A stretch of DNA of 64,000 bases from Cyanophora paradoxa CCMP329 (lineage: Eukaryota > Plantae > Glaucophyta), in assembly GCA_004431415.1 (NCBI GenBank), contig QPMI01000043.1, forward strand, positions 1-64,000, written 5' to 3'. Positions 62,013 to 64,000 of this stretch are shown piece after piece (position 1 is the first letter of the stretch; each line of letters opens with the position of its first letter). Made by a program: the position numbers and the translations under genes. Below the pieces are notes generated by a model that was not told the DNA's origin, did not search any database, and was given only the letters and a program-made list of their open reading frames with translations.

Positions 62013-62460
62013 CGCTTCCGCGGCAGGCGTGCTGCCTCAAAGCGCCCAGCCTGCAGCTCAGGTGCTCCTCGGAACGTCGTAATCGCTACAGACCAGACGG
62101 AGCCGTCTCCATGCTTGCGGTGCAGCACCCCATTTTGTGCATAAAGCGGACAGGACTCTTCTGCAGACTGCAGGAACTCTGCAGCGGGTGGGCCGCCGCC
62201 AGCTGACGACGGTCTGTTATAGGGTTTCGCGCTGGGCGCGCTGCAAACGCTTCCAATCGCTCAGGGTTGTTAGCTAGAGCGGCTCCCGGCGCTGGACGCG
62301 CTGCCCGCTGGCTCCAGCGGTCTGGCACTGGCTGCGACTGGCTGTCACTGGCAGCGAGCAGGGATACCGCAAAGCTGAGAGGCAGTGCTTGAGCTAGTGT
62401 CAACGTTTACTCCGGAGAGAACTTCGTACACCGCGAGCTGAGGCCTAGGCACGCGAGCGC

Positions 62461-64000
62461 ATGCACCAGCATCGAGCGCTGGTGCTCGCCGCGGGTGCGG
62501 CGGCGGCCGCGGTCTGGGCGTGGTGGCGGTCGAGAATTTCATCGCTGGAAGCGAGCACAGGCGCGCCAGTGATCCGGGTCGGCTGGCCGATCATCGGGAC
62601 GGCAAGAGGTGCGCATGCGCCGCCGAGTCGGCGCGGCGCCGCCCGGACCACCTGTCCCCCGCCGACGGCTGCTGCGCAGCGTTCCGGAAGGATCCTCTCA
62701 AGCTCCTGCGCGAGGCTCGCGAAGCTTACCCCGACGCCGGCGGCGTGAGCCTCGACCTGCGTCAGCGCGGCCCCCTCCGACTCCGCCTGGCCCGCGGCTG
62801 ACGCTTCCGTGCGCAGTGGCGATGCAGCTGACGGTCGTGTGGGGCGAGGAGGAGGTCGTCGCGTACCACAAGAGCCCGCGGCCCGTGCTGTCGACGCGGC
62901 CCTTCATCGACCGCAACTGGGAGCCAGTCTTCGGGCCGCGCTCGGAGGCGGCGCGGGCGCACCAGTACGGGGCCAGCGGGCACGAGTCGGAGGACTTCAA
63001 GTACATCTCGCGGGCCGTCTCGCGGCCGCAGCTGGAGGCGTTCCTCCCTGTCGAGCTCCGCGTCGCCGCCGAGGAGGTGGCGCGCTGGGCGGCGGCGCCC
63101 TGCTTCGAGGCGTACGAGGCGGCCTCGCGGCTCGTCATGCGCGCCAACGTCCTCTTTTTCCTTGGGCCCGCCTTCGAGCCGCACGTCGACCGCATCGCCG
63201 AGACCTTCCTCCGCCTCGAGCAGACGGCGCGCCCGCCCGGGAGGAGGGCGCCCCAGCCCGCCGCTGACGCCCGGGGCCCCGCAGGCTGTGTCGCCTCAGA
63301 TGTGGGTGGGCGGCCTTGCGCGGCGGCGGGCCGCGCGGCTGCAGCGGCGCCTGGCGACGATCTTCACGGGCGTCTGGCGCTCCGCCGGCATCCGCCCCGC
63401 CCAGGAGGGGGTGCCCGCCGCCCCCGCCCCCCGCCGCCCCGCCCGCATTGACGCGCGAGCGCAGCTGGGGGGCTTCCTGGCCCACTTCCCCGACTTCTAC
63501 GAGGAGAAGGACTTCGTGCACATCCTTATCGGTCCGCACGAGCCGGCCCGTGCCGGCGGCGCCGCTCGCCGGGGCGCGGCCGGCGCCGCTCGAGGCGGGG
63601 GCGGGCAGGGATGCTCTTCGGGGCGCACACGACGACGGCGGGGACGCTCTCCTGGCTCCTCGCCTCCCTCGCCCAGCACCCCGAGCGCGCCGCGCGCCTC
63701 GCCGCCGAGCAGGCCGCCATCGTCGCCGCCCGCGGGCCCGCCCTCGACCTCGCCGCCCTCGACGAGGCGCCGCTCCTGGGCCGCCACTTCAAGGAGGTCG
63801 TCCGCCTGCACACCGTGCCCCTCACCGTCCGCGTCGCCGCCCAGCCCTGCACCGTCCCGCCCCGCGCCCCTCCGCCCCGCGCGCAGGCCCTGCCGGGCTG
63901 ACGGCCTCGCAGCTGGGGCGGTACCGGATCCCGGCGGGGCGGCACGTCGCGTCGAGCCCGCTGATCTCCAACTCGGACCCGGCGACCTTCGAGGACCCGC
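62461..64000 (+). CDS. Cytochrome P450 (partial; runs off the right edge)
   Basis: N-terminal anchor, GWPIIG, FRKDPLKLL, I-helix GMLFGAHTTTAGTLSWLL, K-helix KEVVRLH, YRIPAG...FEDP. Confidence 0.92.

Noticed and set aside
62355-62370. GTATCCCT on the minus strand as a second U12 donor
   Set aside because: Imperfect consensus, intergenic, and no matching branch site or exon context.

Overview
Very GC-rich, intron-dense eukaryotic nuclear DNA from a flagellated organism with a primary plastid. A glaucophyte such as Cyanophora is the best inference: plastid transit peptides start MAAFV/MSSAYV/MF with SFFG/SFLG motifs and no signal peptide, ThrRS and MutS are cyanobacterial-type, and an axonemal dynein is present. 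About 16 spliced genes were reconstructed by hand: sulfite oxidase (partial), RING membrane protein, MAP65/Ase1, truncated ABCB, disrupted PD-(D/E)XK nuclease, RACK1, plastid ClpS, mitochondrial bL9, plastid MutS, plastid ThrRS, NOP16, oligopeptidase B, DNAH1-type dynein, coiled-coil/zinc-finger protein, cold-shock protein, BRE1, a large cilia-like protein and a P450 (partial). Most long ORFs in the supplied track are GC-driven artefacts. Main findings: (1) a plastid-targeted cyanobacterial-type MutS1 that appears to run into a C-terminal RRG7/Mrr-like nuclease domain; (2) a U12-type AT-AC intron inside the endosymbiont-derived ThrRS gene; (3) about 29% GC-AG introns with a GY(G/C)CGC donor; (4) alternating C-rich and G-rich blocks through introns and synonymous codons; (5) a hAT-type MITE with an 8-bp target-site duplication interrupting a virus-like nuclease gene; (6) a 3.76-kb dynein duplication that is probably an assembly artefact. 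All family assignments are from motif recognition; no database search was run.
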